The notes: generated by a model from the letters alone, not told the origin. Shown: positions 29,974 to 41,897, numbered from the stretch's first letter. The stretch is DNA of 64,000 nucleotides from an uncultured delta proteobacterium (GCA_963806225.1 CAWDXG010000004.1:2080001-2144000); one strand, 5' to 3'. Numbers and translations: made by a program.

Positions 29974-30711
29974 ATGCGCCGTCGCGCGACAGAGCTGTTT
30001 CTTTCGCTGGCCGTGGGAGCGGCATTCCTTTCGACTCCCGCAGCAGCGTCGAACAAGTACCTGGAGGTTCCGCCGGCCTCGGTCGTGCGTGCGTCGCCCG
30101 CCTACCGCTACGCCAACCTGACCAACGAGCAGGCCTACGCCGAGCTGGACCGGCGCGGCGTGGGCTACGAGCTTGCCGAACCGCCGACCGGCGGTGTCCG
30201 TGCGCCGATGCGGCTGACGGGACGACTGCACGACGTGTGGATCCACTCGTCCCTGCCGGCTGCAAAGCGGCGCGAATCCCCGTTCGAGATCCTCGACGCG
30301 CGGCTGGCGCTCGCCCTGGACGATTTCTGCGGGATCCTCGCCCACCACGACGTCGTGGAGGTCGTGCACTTCACCATGTACCGGCCCTCGCCCGAGCTCA
30401 GGGCCGACTCGCACGGCAAGCGTTTCCGCCACGCCGGCGGTCTGGCGATCGACGTGGGAGCGCTCAGGAAGCGCAACGGCGAGTGGCTCAGGGTCGGACC
30501 GGACTGGTCCTCGAGCGTCGGGGCGAAGACCTGCGGCGCTGGCGCCCGTCACCTGCACGATGCGAAAGGCCGCGAGCTGCAGAGCATCCTGTGCGAAGCG
30601 GCGGACGAGCGGCTCTTCACGTACATGCTCACGCCGCATTTCAACAAGGCGCACGCCGACCACATGCACCTCGAGGTCAAGCCCGGGGTCAAGTGGTTCC
30701 TGGTGAACTAG
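29974..30711 (+). CDS. Exported extensin-like C-terminal domain protein (M15/LAS-like Zn motifs)
   Basis: Signal peptide; RHAGGLAID, LTPHFNKAHADHMHLE. Confidence 0.8.
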   Translation: MRRRATELFLSLAVGAAFLSTPAAASNKYLEVPPASVVRASPAYRYANLTNEQAYAELDRRGVGYELAEPPTGGVRAPMRLTGRLHDVWIHSSLPAAKRRESPFEILDARLALALDDFCGILAHHDVVEVVHFTMYRPSPELRADSHGKRFRHAGGLAIDVGALRKRNGEWLRVGPDWSSSVGAKTCGAGARHLHDAKGRELQSILCEAADERLFTYMLTPHFNKAHADHMHLEVKPGVKWFLVN

Positions 30712-30726
30712 CGTCGCGAGCCTTCG

Positions 30727-31527
30727 CTAGCGTCCCTTGAAGTGGGGCTCGCGTTTCTCGAAGAACGCCAGCACGCCCTCCACGGTGTCCTCCGTCCGGA
30801 CCAGCTTCTCCAGATCGGCAAGCTCGCGTTGGCGGATGCGTTCCATCCCCTCGCCGAGCCCTGCCATCTGCGAGAGGGCGGCACGGACTGCCAACGGCGG
30901 CAGCGCGGCAATACGTTCGGCGAGCGCTCGCGCTTCCGCCTCCGCGTCGTCGGCGACGCGCTGCACGACGCCGCGCGCCAGCGCCTCTTCGGCGGGCACG
31001 CGCCGTCCGGTGAGCAGCAGGTCCAGCGCGAAGCCGGGGCCCGAGAGCGGCACGAGCCGCTCCAGTGCGCCCCAGCTCGGCAGATAGCCCCGCTGGATCT
31101 CGGGGAGCGCGACATGCGCGCTCCTGGCCATCACGCGCAGGTGGCAGGCCAGCGCCAGCTCGAAGCCACCTCCGACGGCCGGGCGCTGGATCGCGGCGAT
31201 CACGGGCACTGGAAAGGCCGAGATGCGGTCGAGGATGGTGTGCGCCTGGGCGGTCCAGCGCGAAAGGCCATCCGGTTCCGCCAGAGGGCCGACCGCGCCC
31301 ATGTCCGCGCCGGCGCTGAAGGCCCGGTCCCCGGCACCCTGTAGAATCACGACGGCCACCCCGGGGGACGCTTCGGCCTGTTCGAAGGCCTGTTCCAGGG
31401 CATCCAGCTGCGCCTGGTCGAAGGCATTGGCCTTGGGCCGGTCCAGGGTCAGCGTGAGCACGGGGGAGCCGGAATCGGAGTGGATTGTCACATCTGCCGT
31501 GCTGCCAGAGCTGGGCGCGGGGCTCAA
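30727..31527 (-). CDS. Enoyl-CoA hydratase/isomerase
   Basis: LDRPKANA, AFSAGAD, AVGGGFELALAC, LPE, FFEKREPHFKGR; real start may be slightly downstream. Confidence 0.92.
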   Translation of the reverse strand: MSPAPSSGSTADVTIHSDSGSPVLTLTLDRPKANAFDQAQLDALEQAFEQAEASPGVAVVILQGAGDRAFSAGADMGAVGPLAEPDGLSRWTAQAHTILDRISAFPVPVIAAIQRPAVGGGFELALACHLRVMARSAHVALPEIQRGYLPSWGALERLVPLSGPGFALDLLLTGRRVPAEEALARGVVQRVADDAEAEARALAERIAALPPLAVRAALSQMAGLGEGMERIRQRELADLEKLVRTEDTVEGVLAFFEKREPHFKGR

Positions 31528-31616
31528 CTGTCCCGGTTGCGGGCGATGCGCGTTGACATCCCCCGTTCCCCCGGGACAATCCCCAGAAGCCCGGGGCGCG
31601 CGCCCCAGCTGCGGTC

Positions 31617-34600
31617 ATGCCCACGCTGAGCTCCTCCATCGTCAAGCAACAGGTCGCGTCCATGCGCGACGTCGAGGAGGCCCTGGCCCGGCAGGTGCTG
31701 TACGGCGGCGATCTGGCGACGAACCTGCTCGAGTTGGCGGCGGTGAGCGAAGCGCAGCTGACGCGCCTGCTCGCCGAGAGCCACGGACTCGAAGCAGGAC
31801 CGGACGGAGAGTTGCCGCGCGCCCAGGAGAGCACCTTGCGCCTGGTACCGGGAGATCTGGCGTTGCGTCACGGGCTCTACCCGCTCGAGGAGCACGACGG
31901 CACACTCGCCGTCGCCGTCAGCGATCCGCTGCCGCCCGAGGTCGAGCAGGATCTCGGCTTCGCGCTCGGCGTGACCATCGAACAGCGCGCGGCACCCCTC
32001 GTGCGCATCCGGCAGGCCATCTCGCGCGACTACGAGCTGCCGCTCGATCGTCGCACGCTTCGGCTGCTGGCCAAACTGGAGGGGCGTCCCGACCCGAGCC
32101 CGAGCTCGATGCCGGGTCGGCTGCGCGACTCGGCCGAGATCCCCTCGCTGCCGCGCCCGCCGGCCCTGCCTGCGGCGGACGTCACCAAAGAAGCGACGGC
32201 GGCGGCAGAGCGTGCAGCGCCGGCCGCTGAAGAGCCGGCACCACACACGCCGCGCTCCGCCGGCGCGCCTGCAGCAGAGCAGACGCCTTCGCCGACTGCG
32301 CCCTCTCCGGCGCCGCAGGCCGCGACCGACGCTTCGCCTACGTCCATGAGGCTCGCGGGCTGGGCACAGGCCGCAGCGCGCCCGGAACGCCGGCGTCGGG
32401 TGCGCCGGCGCGGGCCGTACACCGCCGCCATGGCGGAGAGGGATCTGCTCGATGCAGAGTCCCGGGACGACGTTCTCAGGGCCTTCTTCGACTACGCCGC
32501 GCAGTACTTCGAGTACGCCGTGCTGTTCGCGGTCCACGGCGACATCGCCGAAGGACGGGATGCCAACGGTCCGGGCACCAACCGCAAGCGGATCACGGGC
32601 ATCGGGGTTCCGCTCGACCTGCCGAGCTCGCTGACCACCGCGCGGGTCGAGCGCGCCTACCAGCTGCAGTCGCTCGCGGACGAGGGCATCGACGCGGGGC
32701 TGGCCAGCGATCTCGGACGCAAGACGGGCCCCATCGTGCTGCTCCTGCCGATCATCGTGCGGGGCCGCTGCGTGTTGATCCTGTACGGCGATCACGGCGA
32801 CACGAACGTGGAGCTGTCGGAAGTCGGCGATGTGATCGCGTTCGCTCCGTTGGTCGCGAGCGCACTGGAACGCATCATCATGCGACGCAAGCTCGCGGCG
32901 AGACAGAACGTCGCGAGCGAGCTCGGAGGCGAACCCGCGGCCACGCCGCTGGTGCCGCCCGCGGCGCGCCGCAAGAAGCACGCTCCCAAGCCGAGTCTGG
33001 ACGAGCGCGCCCAGGCCCTCGCGCAGGCGCTGTCGCTGCCGGCGGAGCCGCCGGGCCCCGCTCTTGCGACTCCCTCCCCTGCCCCGGCGCCCGCCTCTGC
33101 TCCGCCGTCGGCTCCGGCACCGGGTTCTGTACAGCCCTCGCGCACCGTCGCGGTGGGCGACATGCCGGCCGGCCCGCAGCGCAAACAGACCGAACGCGGT
33201 CTGGCCAGCCCGGTCATCCCGGTCGGCAACGCCAGGCGCCTGCCGACTCCGCCGCAGGGCACCCCGACCCGCCTGGAATCGGATCGCCCGACGCCAGTGG
33301 CCGCAGCGTTCCCGCTCACAAGGCGTTCGACGCCCAGCCCGCGGCATCCGGAGGCGGAAGAGCCGCCCGAAGACGGCTGGGAGGTCTCGAGCGACTCGGC
33401 GCCGTCCGCTTTCCCGGCAGAGGAAGCCGCCACGAAACCGGGCGTCGGCAGCTTTCCGCCGCGGCGCGCGCCCACTTCTCCGGGCATGGGCTTCGATCCC
33501 GGCTTGGCCCCGCCGTCGACGCGCCGCGAAGGCAGCAGCCCGAAGCTCGAGCTGGTGCCCGAGACCGTGCTGGACGAGGAAGGCGACACCGGACCGAGCA
33601 TCCAGATCAGTGAATCCGAGCTCGACGAGGACATCGAGGTCGACAAACAGTCGAAGCATCCCCCGGAAGCGCCGCTGGCTGCCGCTTCGCGTTCGGTCTC
33701 CTTCGGGGCACGGCGTCTTGCACCCCGGCGGAGCTCGGAAGAGCTCAAGCTTCCCTCGGTCATCGTCAACGTCGACGACGACTGCCGCGAGCTCGTCAGC
33801 CGACTGGTGAAAGGCGATGCGGAAGCCGGCGACAGCCTCGTTGCGATTGGAGAGCCCGCCGTGAGCGCCCTGGTCGCTGCATTCCCCGGGCCGATCACGA
33901 CCGATCCACGCCGCGGCGACGCCCCGGTGCGGGCATCGGACTGCGGTCCCGTACTGCGCACGCTGGCACGCATCGGACATGCGGCGGTGCCGTTCCTCTT
34001 CGTGCGCACGGCGGACGCAAGCCCCGACGTGCGGAGCTGGGCTACGCGCCTGCTCGGCGAGCTGCCCAGCGTCGAGAGCGCGCGCGCCGTGGTGCGGCGC
34101 CTGGTGGACCAGGACCCGGACGTGCACCGCGCCGCACTGTCCGCCGGTCGACGGCTATCGAAAGACGAGGACAGTCGCACCGCACTGCGCGACGGACTGT
34201 GCCAGCTGACTGCGGACAGTGAACAGTCCGACGATGTCCGTCACGCGGCGATCGAGGCGCTGGCGGACCTGCGCGAGGCGCGCGCCGTGCCCCGGATGAT
34301 CCCGCTTCTGTCCGACGGAAACGCCGACGTCGTCAAGTCGGCGCACTGGGCGCTCGGGGTGATCGCCCGGCAGGATTTCGGACGGGAACCCGGAGGGTGG
34401 CAGAGCTGGTGGCAGCGCCATTCAGACGAGCACCGCATCGAGTGGCTCATCGACGCGTTGATGCACGACGACCCCGACATCCGCCGCGCGGCAGGTGAAG
34501 AGCTGAAGAGCCTCACCAAGGAGTACTTCGGCTACTACGACGATCTGCCGAAGAAGGAGCGCGCGCGTGCCCAGCGCCGCTACCGCGAGTGGTGGGAAGG

Positions 34601-34631
34601 GCGCGGAAAGGTTCGCTTTCTCGGGGGCTAG
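31617..34631 (+). CDS. FrgA-like protein: GspE/PilB N-terminal-type domain, GAF-like domain, Pro-rich linker and HEAT repeats
   Basis: EEALARQVLYGGDLATNLLEL, VAVSDP, LLPIIVRGRCVLILYGD, C-terminal HEAT-like repeats (VRHAAIEALADL, IRRAAGEEL). Confidence 0.75.
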   Translation: MPTLSSSIVKQQVASMRDVEEALARQVLYGGDLATNLLELAAVSEAQLTRLLAESHGLEAGPDGELPRAQESTLRLVPGDLALRHGLYPLEEHDGTLAVAVSDPLPPEVEQDLGFALGVTIEQRAAPLVRIRQAISRDYELPLDRRTLRLLAKLEGRPDPSPSSMPGRLRDSAEIPSLPRPPALPAADVTKEATAAAERAAPAAEEPAPHTPRSAGAPAAEQTPSPTAPSPAPQAATDASPTSMRLAGWAQAAARPERRRRVRRRGPYTAAMAERDLLDAESRDDVLRAFFDYAAQYFEYAVLFAVHGDIAEGRDANGPGTNRKRITGIGVPLDLPSSLTTARVERAYQLQSLADEGIDAGLASDLGRKTGPIVLLLPIIVRGRCVLILYGDHGDTNVELSEVGDVIAFAPLVASALERIIMRRKLAARQNVASELGGEPAATPLVPPAARRKKHAPKPSLDERAQALAQALSLPAEPPGPALATPSPAPAPASAPPSAPAPGSVQPSRTVAVGDMPAGPQRKQTERGLASPVIPVGNARRLPTPPQGTPTRLESDRPTPVAAAFPLTRRSTPSPRHPEAEEPPEDGWEVSSDSAPSAFPAEEAATKPGVGSFPPRRAPTSPGMGFDPGLAPPSTRREGSSPKLELVPETVLDEEGDTGPSIQISESELDEDIEVDKQSKHPPEAPLAAASRSVSFGARRLAPRRSSEELKLPSVIVNVDDDCRELVSRLVKGDAEAGDSLVAIGEPAVSALVAAFPGPITTDPRRGDAPVRASDCGPVLRTLARIGHAAVPFLFVRTADASPDVRSWATRLLGELPSVESARAVVRRLVDQDPDVHRAALSAGRRLSKDEDSRTALRDGLCQLTADSEQSDDVRHAAIEALADLREARAVPRMIPLLSDGNADVVKSAHWALGVIARQDFGREPGGWQSWWQRHSDEHRIEWLIDALMHDDPDIRRAAGEELKSLTKEYFGYYDDLPKKERARAQRRYREWWEGRGKVRFLGG

Positions 34632-34724
34632 CCGGCCGGTTCGATGGCTCGCTGAACGGACCGGCAGCGCCCGGGCGTCCGACCCTCGACAGGCCGCGCC
34701 AGGCGTGGCAGAAGGCGGACCTCG

Positions 34725-34925
34725 ATGTCCGAAGAGCAACATCTCGACCCAGCACTGAGGGCTGCCAATCTGGCGCTGTCGGGACGCCGGCATCGGGAAG
34801 CGAGTCGCTTCGCATCCATCGAGCTCCGCTTCACCGATCCGCGCACCGGACCGTGGGAGGCCGCCGCGCTTGTTTCCGTTGCGGTCGCCTCGTTCCTGAT
34901 CGTGCTCGGCGTCTGGTTCCTGTAG
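34725..34925 (+). CDS. Small hypothetical membrane protein
   Basis: 66 aa with a C-terminal TM helix; GAAGG upstream. Confidence 0.5.
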   Translation: MSEEQHLDPALRAANLALSGRRHREASRFASIELRFTDPRTGPWEAAALVSVAVASFLIVLGVWFL

Positions 34926-34935
34926 GCGACGCGAA

Positions 34936-36798
34936 CTAGCACTTGGTGCCGGCGAGCGCCGCCTGGGCGGGTGCGCCTACGCCGATCGAGCTGGCAGCGG
35001 AAGCCGCCGAGCGCGCCCCCGCGCAATTACCGAGGTACGCCCGTTGCTTGACGACCACGGGCGCGCGGGTGCGGATGCGGGCCGCTGCGGTGCGCTGCGC
35101 GTTGGCGCTGCCGCCGGTGCTGCGGCAGCGGTTGTACATCGCCACGGCGCCTTCAATGTTTCCGCCGCTGGCGAGCGAGCTCGCCTGCGCGCAGGCCGCA
35201 TTGCCCGTCGGCCCCGTGGGCTTGGGTGGCGCCGGCTTGGGCTGGGGCGCTGGACGGGTCGGCAGGTTCAGCTGCGGCAGGGTGATCTGGGGGAACCTGG
35301 GCGGCTTGGACGCCGTCGCACTGGGCTGGGGAGCCGGCAAACTGATCGGCGGCAGCTGGGGCGCCGGGGAGCTCGCAACGGGAGGCTCGGGCTTCTCGGG
35401 CTTCTTCGCCGGCTGCGCAGGAGTGCGTGCAGGCGCCGGAGCGGAAGTCTTCACCACGGGGGGCTCCGGCGCCGGAACGGAGACCGTCGCCGGGGCGGCG
35501 TCCACCAGGGGCGCGATCTGCGTGGTGCTGCTGCCGGCCACGGAGAGCGTCCCGCCCGCCCCTTCGGGCGCGGGGCCCACGCTCCTTGCGCGCTCGAAGG
35601 CAACCACGCCTGCCGCCAGCGCCCCGCCCGCGACGAGCAGACCGGCCAGCGCGATCCAGCCGCGCCGCTTGCGGCGTACCGGCGGCTGCGCACGGACCGG
35701 CGCAGCCAGCGCCGACGCGGTGTGGAACGCCGGCGACGCCGCCGGTCCCCCGGGCGTCGTCATGGGCGGGACCGCCGGCATCGGCGAGGTGCGTGGGCCG
35801 TCGTTGCCGGGCTCGGTGTGGCCGGCGTCGGGCATCATGTCCTCGGTCGTCTTCCCTCCCGCCAGCTCGCGATACAGCTCCAGTGTGGTGGAGGGACGCT
35901 GGATGGGCGTCTTCTCGAGTGCATGCATCACCGCCCGCCGCACCGCCTCGGGCAGCTTCTGCCCCGCTTCGAAGCTCTCCATGGGACGCGGAGGCTCGGT
36001 CATGTGCTTGTGGGCCCAGAGCCACGGCGTGTCCGCTTCGAAAGGAAGCTGGCCAGTGAGCATCTCGTACGCGATGACGCCCAGCGAGTAGACGTCGCTG
36101 GCCGGGCCGAGCTTCTCGCCAGCGAGCTGCTCGGGGCTCATGTAGGGCGGGGTCCCGAGCACCATACCCTGCTGCGTGAGCTTGGTCTGCGCCGTCGCAT
36201 CCGGGCCGACGTGTGCGGCGATACCGAAATCGAGCAGCTTCACGAAGTCCTCTTCACCGGCGCGGGACGTGAGCACGATGTTGTCCGGCTTCAGGTCCCG
36301 ATGCACGATGCCGAGCGTGTGGGCCTCGTGCAGCGCGCCACACACCTGCCTCAGGATATGGAGCGCGCGCGGCAGCGGAACCGGTCCCTGCTCGATCAGG
36401 TCGGTGAGCGCCTGTCCCTTGACGAGCTCCATCACGATGTACAGCTCGCCATCCGGCGTCTCGCCGTAGTCGTAGAAGCGGATGGTGTTGGGATGCTCGA
36501 GCTGCGCGACCGTCCCGGATTCCCGATGGAAGCGTGACACCAGAGTATGGTCTGTGCTGAGCTCCGGCAGCAGCGTCTTGATAGCGACGCTGCGCGTCCC
36601 TTCGCCCATGCGTTGCTCGGCCTCGTACACGACGCCCATGCCGCCCTCGCCGAGAACGCGAAGCACCTTGTAGCGTCCGTCGAGCACCCGCCCGACGAGC
36701 CCGGCTCCCGACGCGCCGCTATCGGCCAGCAGCGCACCACACCCCGAGCAGAATCGCGCGCCTTCGGGGTTCTCGTGGTTGCAGACGGAGCAGTTCAT
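34936..36798 (-). CDS. Membrane Ser/Thr protein kinase with N-terminal zinc ribbon
   Basis: CSVC...CSGC; LGEGGMGVVY, VAIK, HRDLKPDN, DFG, GTPPYMSPE, DVYSLG; TM helix and Pro-rich C-terminal region. Confidence 0.95.
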   Translation of the reverse strand: MNCSVCNHENPEGARFCSGCGALLADSGASGAGLVGRVLDGRYKVLRVLGEGGMGVVYEAEQRMGEGTRSVAIKTLLPELSTDHTLVSRFHRESGTVAQLEHPNTIRFYDYGETPDGELYIVMELVKGQALTDLIEQGPVPLPRALHILRQVCGALHEAHTLGIVHRDLKPDNIVLTSRAGEEDFVKLLDFGIAAHVGPDATAQTKLTQQGMVLGTPPYMSPEQLAGEKLGPASDVYSLGVIAYEMLTGQLPFEADTPWLWAHKHMTEPPRPMESFEAGQKLPEAVRRAVMHALEKTPIQRPSTTLELYRELAGGKTTEDMMPDAGHTEPGNDGPRTSPMPAVPPMTTPGGPAASPAFHTASALAAPVRAQPPVRRKRRGWIALAGLLVAGGALAAGVVAFERARSVGPAPEGAGGTLSVAGSSTTQIAPLVDAAPATVSVPAPEPPVVKTSAPAPARTPAQPAKKPEKPEPPVASSPAPQLPPISLPAPQPSATASKPPRFPQITLPQLNLPTRPAPQPKPAPPKPTGPTGNAACAQASSLASGGNIEGAVAMYNRCRSTGGSANAQRTAAARIRTRAPVVVKQRAYLGNCAGARSAASAASSIGVGAPAQAALAGTKC

Positions 36799-37156
36799 CG
36801 CCGAGCCTTGGTCAAGCAAACGCTGTGCCCGTGACACCGTCCCACACGATTGCGGGAAGGTGGTGGCCCATCCGAGCGCTCCTGAGTCGACAGCGATTGC
36901 CACATAGACGGATGCCGCCGGCGGACGATCTCTTAAACGCGCGGCAGAACGCGCACGGTTTCCAGCCTAGAAGCCTCCGTACCAAGCTGCCAGCGCCTCC
37001 TGCCGGCTGATCGGCCGGCGTTCTGGAAGCGGAGCTGCGTCGCCGACGGCCGCAAGGGCGGGTATGGCATTCGATGCAGGCCAGGCCCTCCGGGCAAGCG
37101 CGGTCCACGCCCCTCGAGGCCGAGTAGCAGCGCGGCGCTGGAGCCGCGAGCCAAGG

Positions 37157-37660
37157 CTATTCCTTGCTGTCGTCGTCCTTCTTCTTCGGCGACAAATCAA
37201 CGTCCCAGTCCATGCTGACGGTGTCGCCCTTGAAGGGCGGAACGATCACGGCCTTCATTGCGTTGATCGCGCACTTGCCCATCTCGGTGCCGTCGAAGGG
37301 GGGACCGATGCTGGCCTTCTTCACATGGCCATCGTTACCGAACAGGAGTGTCACCGTGCCCTTCCCCTGTGGGCTGTCCTTCGAAACCACGCCAACGCAG
37401 GTCTGCGCGGAACGAGCCGCACGGATCAGCTCGAGCTTGGCCTGGTGCTTGTCGAAGGGCTTCTTCTGCTCTTCTTCGTCGTCGGGATTCACGTCGTCCG
37501 GGGCCGAGTCGTCGTCCGACTTCGACTGCTCCTGCTTGCCGAGCTGCTCCTGCTCCGCGACGATCTGATCCGGTGTCTTCACCGGGTTCCCCCCGTAGCT
37601 GGGGCCACACCCCGCCACGACCAGCACGCCGCCCAGTAGACCCAGATACCAGGTTCGCAT
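37157..37660 (-). CDS. Lipoprotein with AgmX/PglI-type (TonB-C-like) C-terminal domain
   Basis: VAGC lipobox; C...GKGTVTLLFGNDGHV...PFDGTEMGKC...VPPFKG. Confidence 0.75.
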   Translation of the reverse strand: MRTWYLGLLGGVLVVAGCGPSYGGNPVKTPDQIVAEQEQLGKQEQSKSDDDSAPDDVNPDDEEEQKKPFDKHQAKLELIRAARSAQTCVGVVSKDSPQGKGTVTLLFGNDGHVKKASIGPPFDGTEMGKCAINAMKAVIVPPFKGDTVSMDWDVDLSPKKKDDDSKE

Positions 37661-37780
37661 GGCGTGGATCCTAGTCACACCGCGGCCCCCGTCAAAGTCC
37701 GCGATGATTTCCGTAGACTCCGCTCCGGACGGATTTCACCCAGGCTGCTCCTGATCCGGCCCGAAAAGGCGAGCGGCGGG

Positions 37781-39145
<1,365 letters not shown>

Positions 39146-39288
39146 TGTGCAAAAAATGCTAATGTAGCCCCCAGGGATGCGCAACTGTTTGCGTAGTGGG
39201 TGTCAAGCGTGCGGGAAATCAGACATTTCCGGCCCGGCGACCCACCTTGCGGAGTTCCCTCCGCGGCGCGAGCACGCTAGGAGGTCGC

Positions 39289-40506
39289 ATGCTCTGCGGG
39301 CTCGACCAGCTGTTCGATGGGCCGCTCTCGGCCCTGCGCCGCCGCCTCCGCGATGCCCGTGTCGGCGTGCTCACGCATGCTGCTGCGGTCGACCGGCGTG
39401 GACGCCACGCGCTGGAGGTACTCGACGAGCTGGGCGCCAGCGCGTCGCTGATCTTCTCGCCGGAGCACGGGCTCGGCGCGGTTGCGCAGGCCGAGGAGAT
39501 CGTGCCGACCAGCGCGGCTACCGATGGCGGCGGTGCGCCGGTGGTGAGCCTGTACGGCGAGACGCGCGAGTCGTTGTCGCCGACCGCAGAACACATCTCC
39601 CAGATCGACGTGCTGCTCGTCGACCTCGTCGACGTTGGCAGCCGCTACTACACGTACGTCTGGACGGCGCTTCTGGCGGCACGCGCGGCGCAGGCCGCGG
39701 GCGTGCACGTGGTGGTCCTGGATCGCCCGAATCCGATCTCGGGCGATCCCGCCACGCTCGAAGGCGCGCCGCAACAGGACGGCTTCCTGTCCTTCGTCGG
39801 CCTGGAGCCACTGCCCATCCGCCACGCGCTCACCGTGGCCGAGCTTCTGGCGCACTTCGCGGAGCGTGACGGCTGGCCGCTGGGGCCAGACGGCGCGCTG
39901 TCCGTCGTGCCCACGCGCGGCTGGGAGCGGTTCCGCTGCGCGGATGCCTGGGCACGCCCATTCGTGATGCCCTCGCCCAACATGCCCACCCTCGAGACGG
40001 CTCTCGTCTATCCCGGCGGCTGCCTGGTCGAGGGGACGAACCTGTCGGAGGGGCGCGGCACGACGGTCCCGTTCCAGCTCGTGGGCGCGCCGTTCCTGGA
40101 TGGTAGCCAGCTGGCCGCGGCTCTGGCCGAAAGCGGCACGCCGGGCGCCCAGGTGCGACCGGTCAGCTTCCGCCCCTGGTTCGAGAAGCACGAGGGCAAG
40201 GTCTGCCACGGCGTGATGCTGCACGTGACCAATCCGCAGCTGTTCCGGCCGGTTGCGACGTACCTCTCGCTGATCGCCCATGCCCAGGCGCAGGCACCCG
40301 CAGATTTCCGCTTCCGCACCGAGCCGTACGAGTTCGAAACGACGATCCCCGCATTCGACCTCTTGACGGGCTCGGACGCGGCCCGCAACGCCATCACCGA
40401 AGGCCGCGCCGCGAACGAGGTCGTCGACCTGGTGACGCCGGTCGACCCTTCGTGGCGCGAGGTCGTGATAGCGGCCGAGCAACGGCTCGAACGCGCGCGC
40501 GCCTGA
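39289..40506 (+). CDS. DUF1343 / NamZ-like exo-beta-N-acetylmuramidase
   Basis: FSPEHG, SLYG, DVGSRYYTY, LDRPNP, PSPNMP, EGTNLSEGRGT; SD GGAGG. Confidence 0.9.
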   Translation: MLCGLDQLFDGPLSALRRRLRDARVGVLTHAAAVDRRGRHALEVLDELGASASLIFSPEHGLGAVAQAEEIVPTSAATDGGGAPVVSLYGETRESLSPTAEHISQIDVLLVDLVDVGSRYYTYVWTALLAARAAQAAGVHVVVLDRPNPISGDPATLEGAPQQDGFLSFVGLEPLPIRHALTVAELLAHFAERDGWPLGPDGALSVVPTRGWERFRCADAWARPFVMPSPNMPTLETALVYPGGCLVEGTNLSEGRGTTVPFQLVGAPFLDGSQLAAALAESGTPGAQVRPVSFRPWFEKHEGKVCHGVMLHVTNPQLFRPVATYLSLIAHAQAQAPADFRFRTEPYEFETTIPAFDLLTGSDAARNAITEGRAANEVVDLVTPVDPSWREVVIAAEQRLERARA

Positions 40507-40511
40507 GCCGC

Positions 40512-41897
40512 TCAGCCGCGGATCGCGGCCTCGACCTCGTCCACGCTCTTGGGGACCCCGCGCGTCAACACCTCGCAGCCGTCGTCGGTGACGAGCACGT
40601 CGTCCTCGATGCGGATGCCGCGCACGTCGGAGAATCGCTCGAGTGCGGCGCGGTCCAGCGCGGAATCCAGATCGCCGACCTCGTCGGGGTTCGAGAGCAG
40701 CGCGGGGATCTGGTAGAAGCCCGGCTCGATCGTCACCGCCATGCCCGGCTCGAGGTCGCGATCCAGCCTGAGGTAGCGATCGCCCGGCGACTGGCTGCGC
40801 TCGCGCCCCGGGGCGTAGCCAGCGCGGTCGCCGAGATCCTCCATGTCGTGCACGTCGAGTCCCAACAGGTGACCGACGCCGTGCGGGAAGAACAACGCCG
40901 CGGCGCCGCGGTGGTACAGGTCCTCGGCGTCTCCCTTGAAGATGCCGAGGTCGATGAGCCCGGCCACGATGCGCCGCCCCGCAGCGCGATGCACGTCCAG
41001 GTAGCGCACGCCGGGGCGCACCGCGTCGATCGCAGCCAGCTGCCCGGCCAGCACACACTCGTACAGAGCCCGCTGCGTCCCGGAAAAGTGCCCCGACGCC
41101 GGCCAGCTGCGGGTCACGTCCCCCGCCCAGCCCTCGGGCGTCTCGGCTCCCACGTCCGCGAGCAGCAGATCGTCGTCGCCCAGCAGGTGGTCGTGCCGCT
41201 CGTTGTGCAGCACCTCGCCGTGCACCGTGACGATCGAGTTGTACGAGCAGGTCATTCCGCTCTCGATGATCGCAGCCTCCATCCGGGCGCGCACCGCGGC
41301 CTCGTGGAGCCCTGGACGCGTCGCCGCCATGCCCGCGCGATGCGCGCGCGTGGTCACTTCCGCCGCCTGGCGCAGCTGATCCGCGGCGGCCGCATCGTGG
41401 CGCAGCCGGAGCTCGATCATAGCGTCGGCCAGCGCCAGATCCGCGCCTTCCAGCTCGTCCCCACCGCCGGGATCGACGTCGCGGTCGAGCAGGTCGGACA
41501 GCCAGAACGCGCACTCCACGTCCTGCGGCGGCAACGTCGCGGTGTCGGCCGGCGGCTCCAGCTCGTCGATCGGACGCACCTCGAGCTCGAGCCCGGCAGC
41601 GAGCTCGTCGAGCTCGGGCTGGGGGCCGGACCACAGCGCCTCGTCCGGGTCCGGCGGATGCGCGTACAGGATCGCCCGCTCGGGCTCGACGAGCAGCGCA
41701 GCGCCCTCGAGCGGCCTCCCCACGAGATACATGAAGTGGCTGGCGGCGCGAAACGGGTAGCGGTTGCCGGCGAAGTTGCGTGGCTCCGACAGCCCTGCGA
41801 CGATGAGCGCCGAACCCGACAGGCGCTGCTGGAGGCGTCGACGACGCTCCACGAATGCGGTTGCTGGGCTGGGCCGGGGCCAGAATCCGGATTGCAT
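40512..41897 (-). CDS. pepP: Xaa-Pro aminopeptidase (M24B)
   Basis: LHN, DVGAE, GDVTR, PHGVGHLLGLDVHD, TIEPGFY, GIRIEDD; start probably ATG 41897. Confidence 0.9.
   Translation of the reverse strand: MQSGFWPRPSPATAFVERRRRLQQRLSGSALIVAGLSEPRNFAGNRYPFRAASHFMYLVGRPLEGAALLVEPERAILYAHPPDPDEALWSGPQPELDELAAGLELEVRPIDELEPPADTATLPPQDVECAFWLSDLLDRDVDPGGGDELEGADLALADAMIELRLRHDAAAADQLRQAAEVTTRAHRAGMAATRPGLHEAAVRARMEAAIIESGMTCSYNSIVTVHGEVLHNERHDHLLGDDDLLLADVGAETPEGWAGDVTRSWPASGHFSGTQRALYECVLAGQLAAIDAVRPGVRYLDVHRAAGRRIVAGLIDLGIFKGDAEDLYHRGAAALFFPHGVGHLLGLDVHDMEDLGDRAGYAPGRERSQSPGDRYLRLDRDLEPGMAVTIEPGFYQIPALLSNPDEVGDLDSALDRAALERFSDVRGIRIEDDVLVTDDGCEVLTRGVPKSVDEVEAAIRG

Noticed and set aside
36800..37156. 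ncRNA or small ORFs in the 350-bp gap upstream of the kinase
   Set aside because: No tRNA, tmRNA, SRP or RNase P hallmarks; the short ORFs lack coding-like composition
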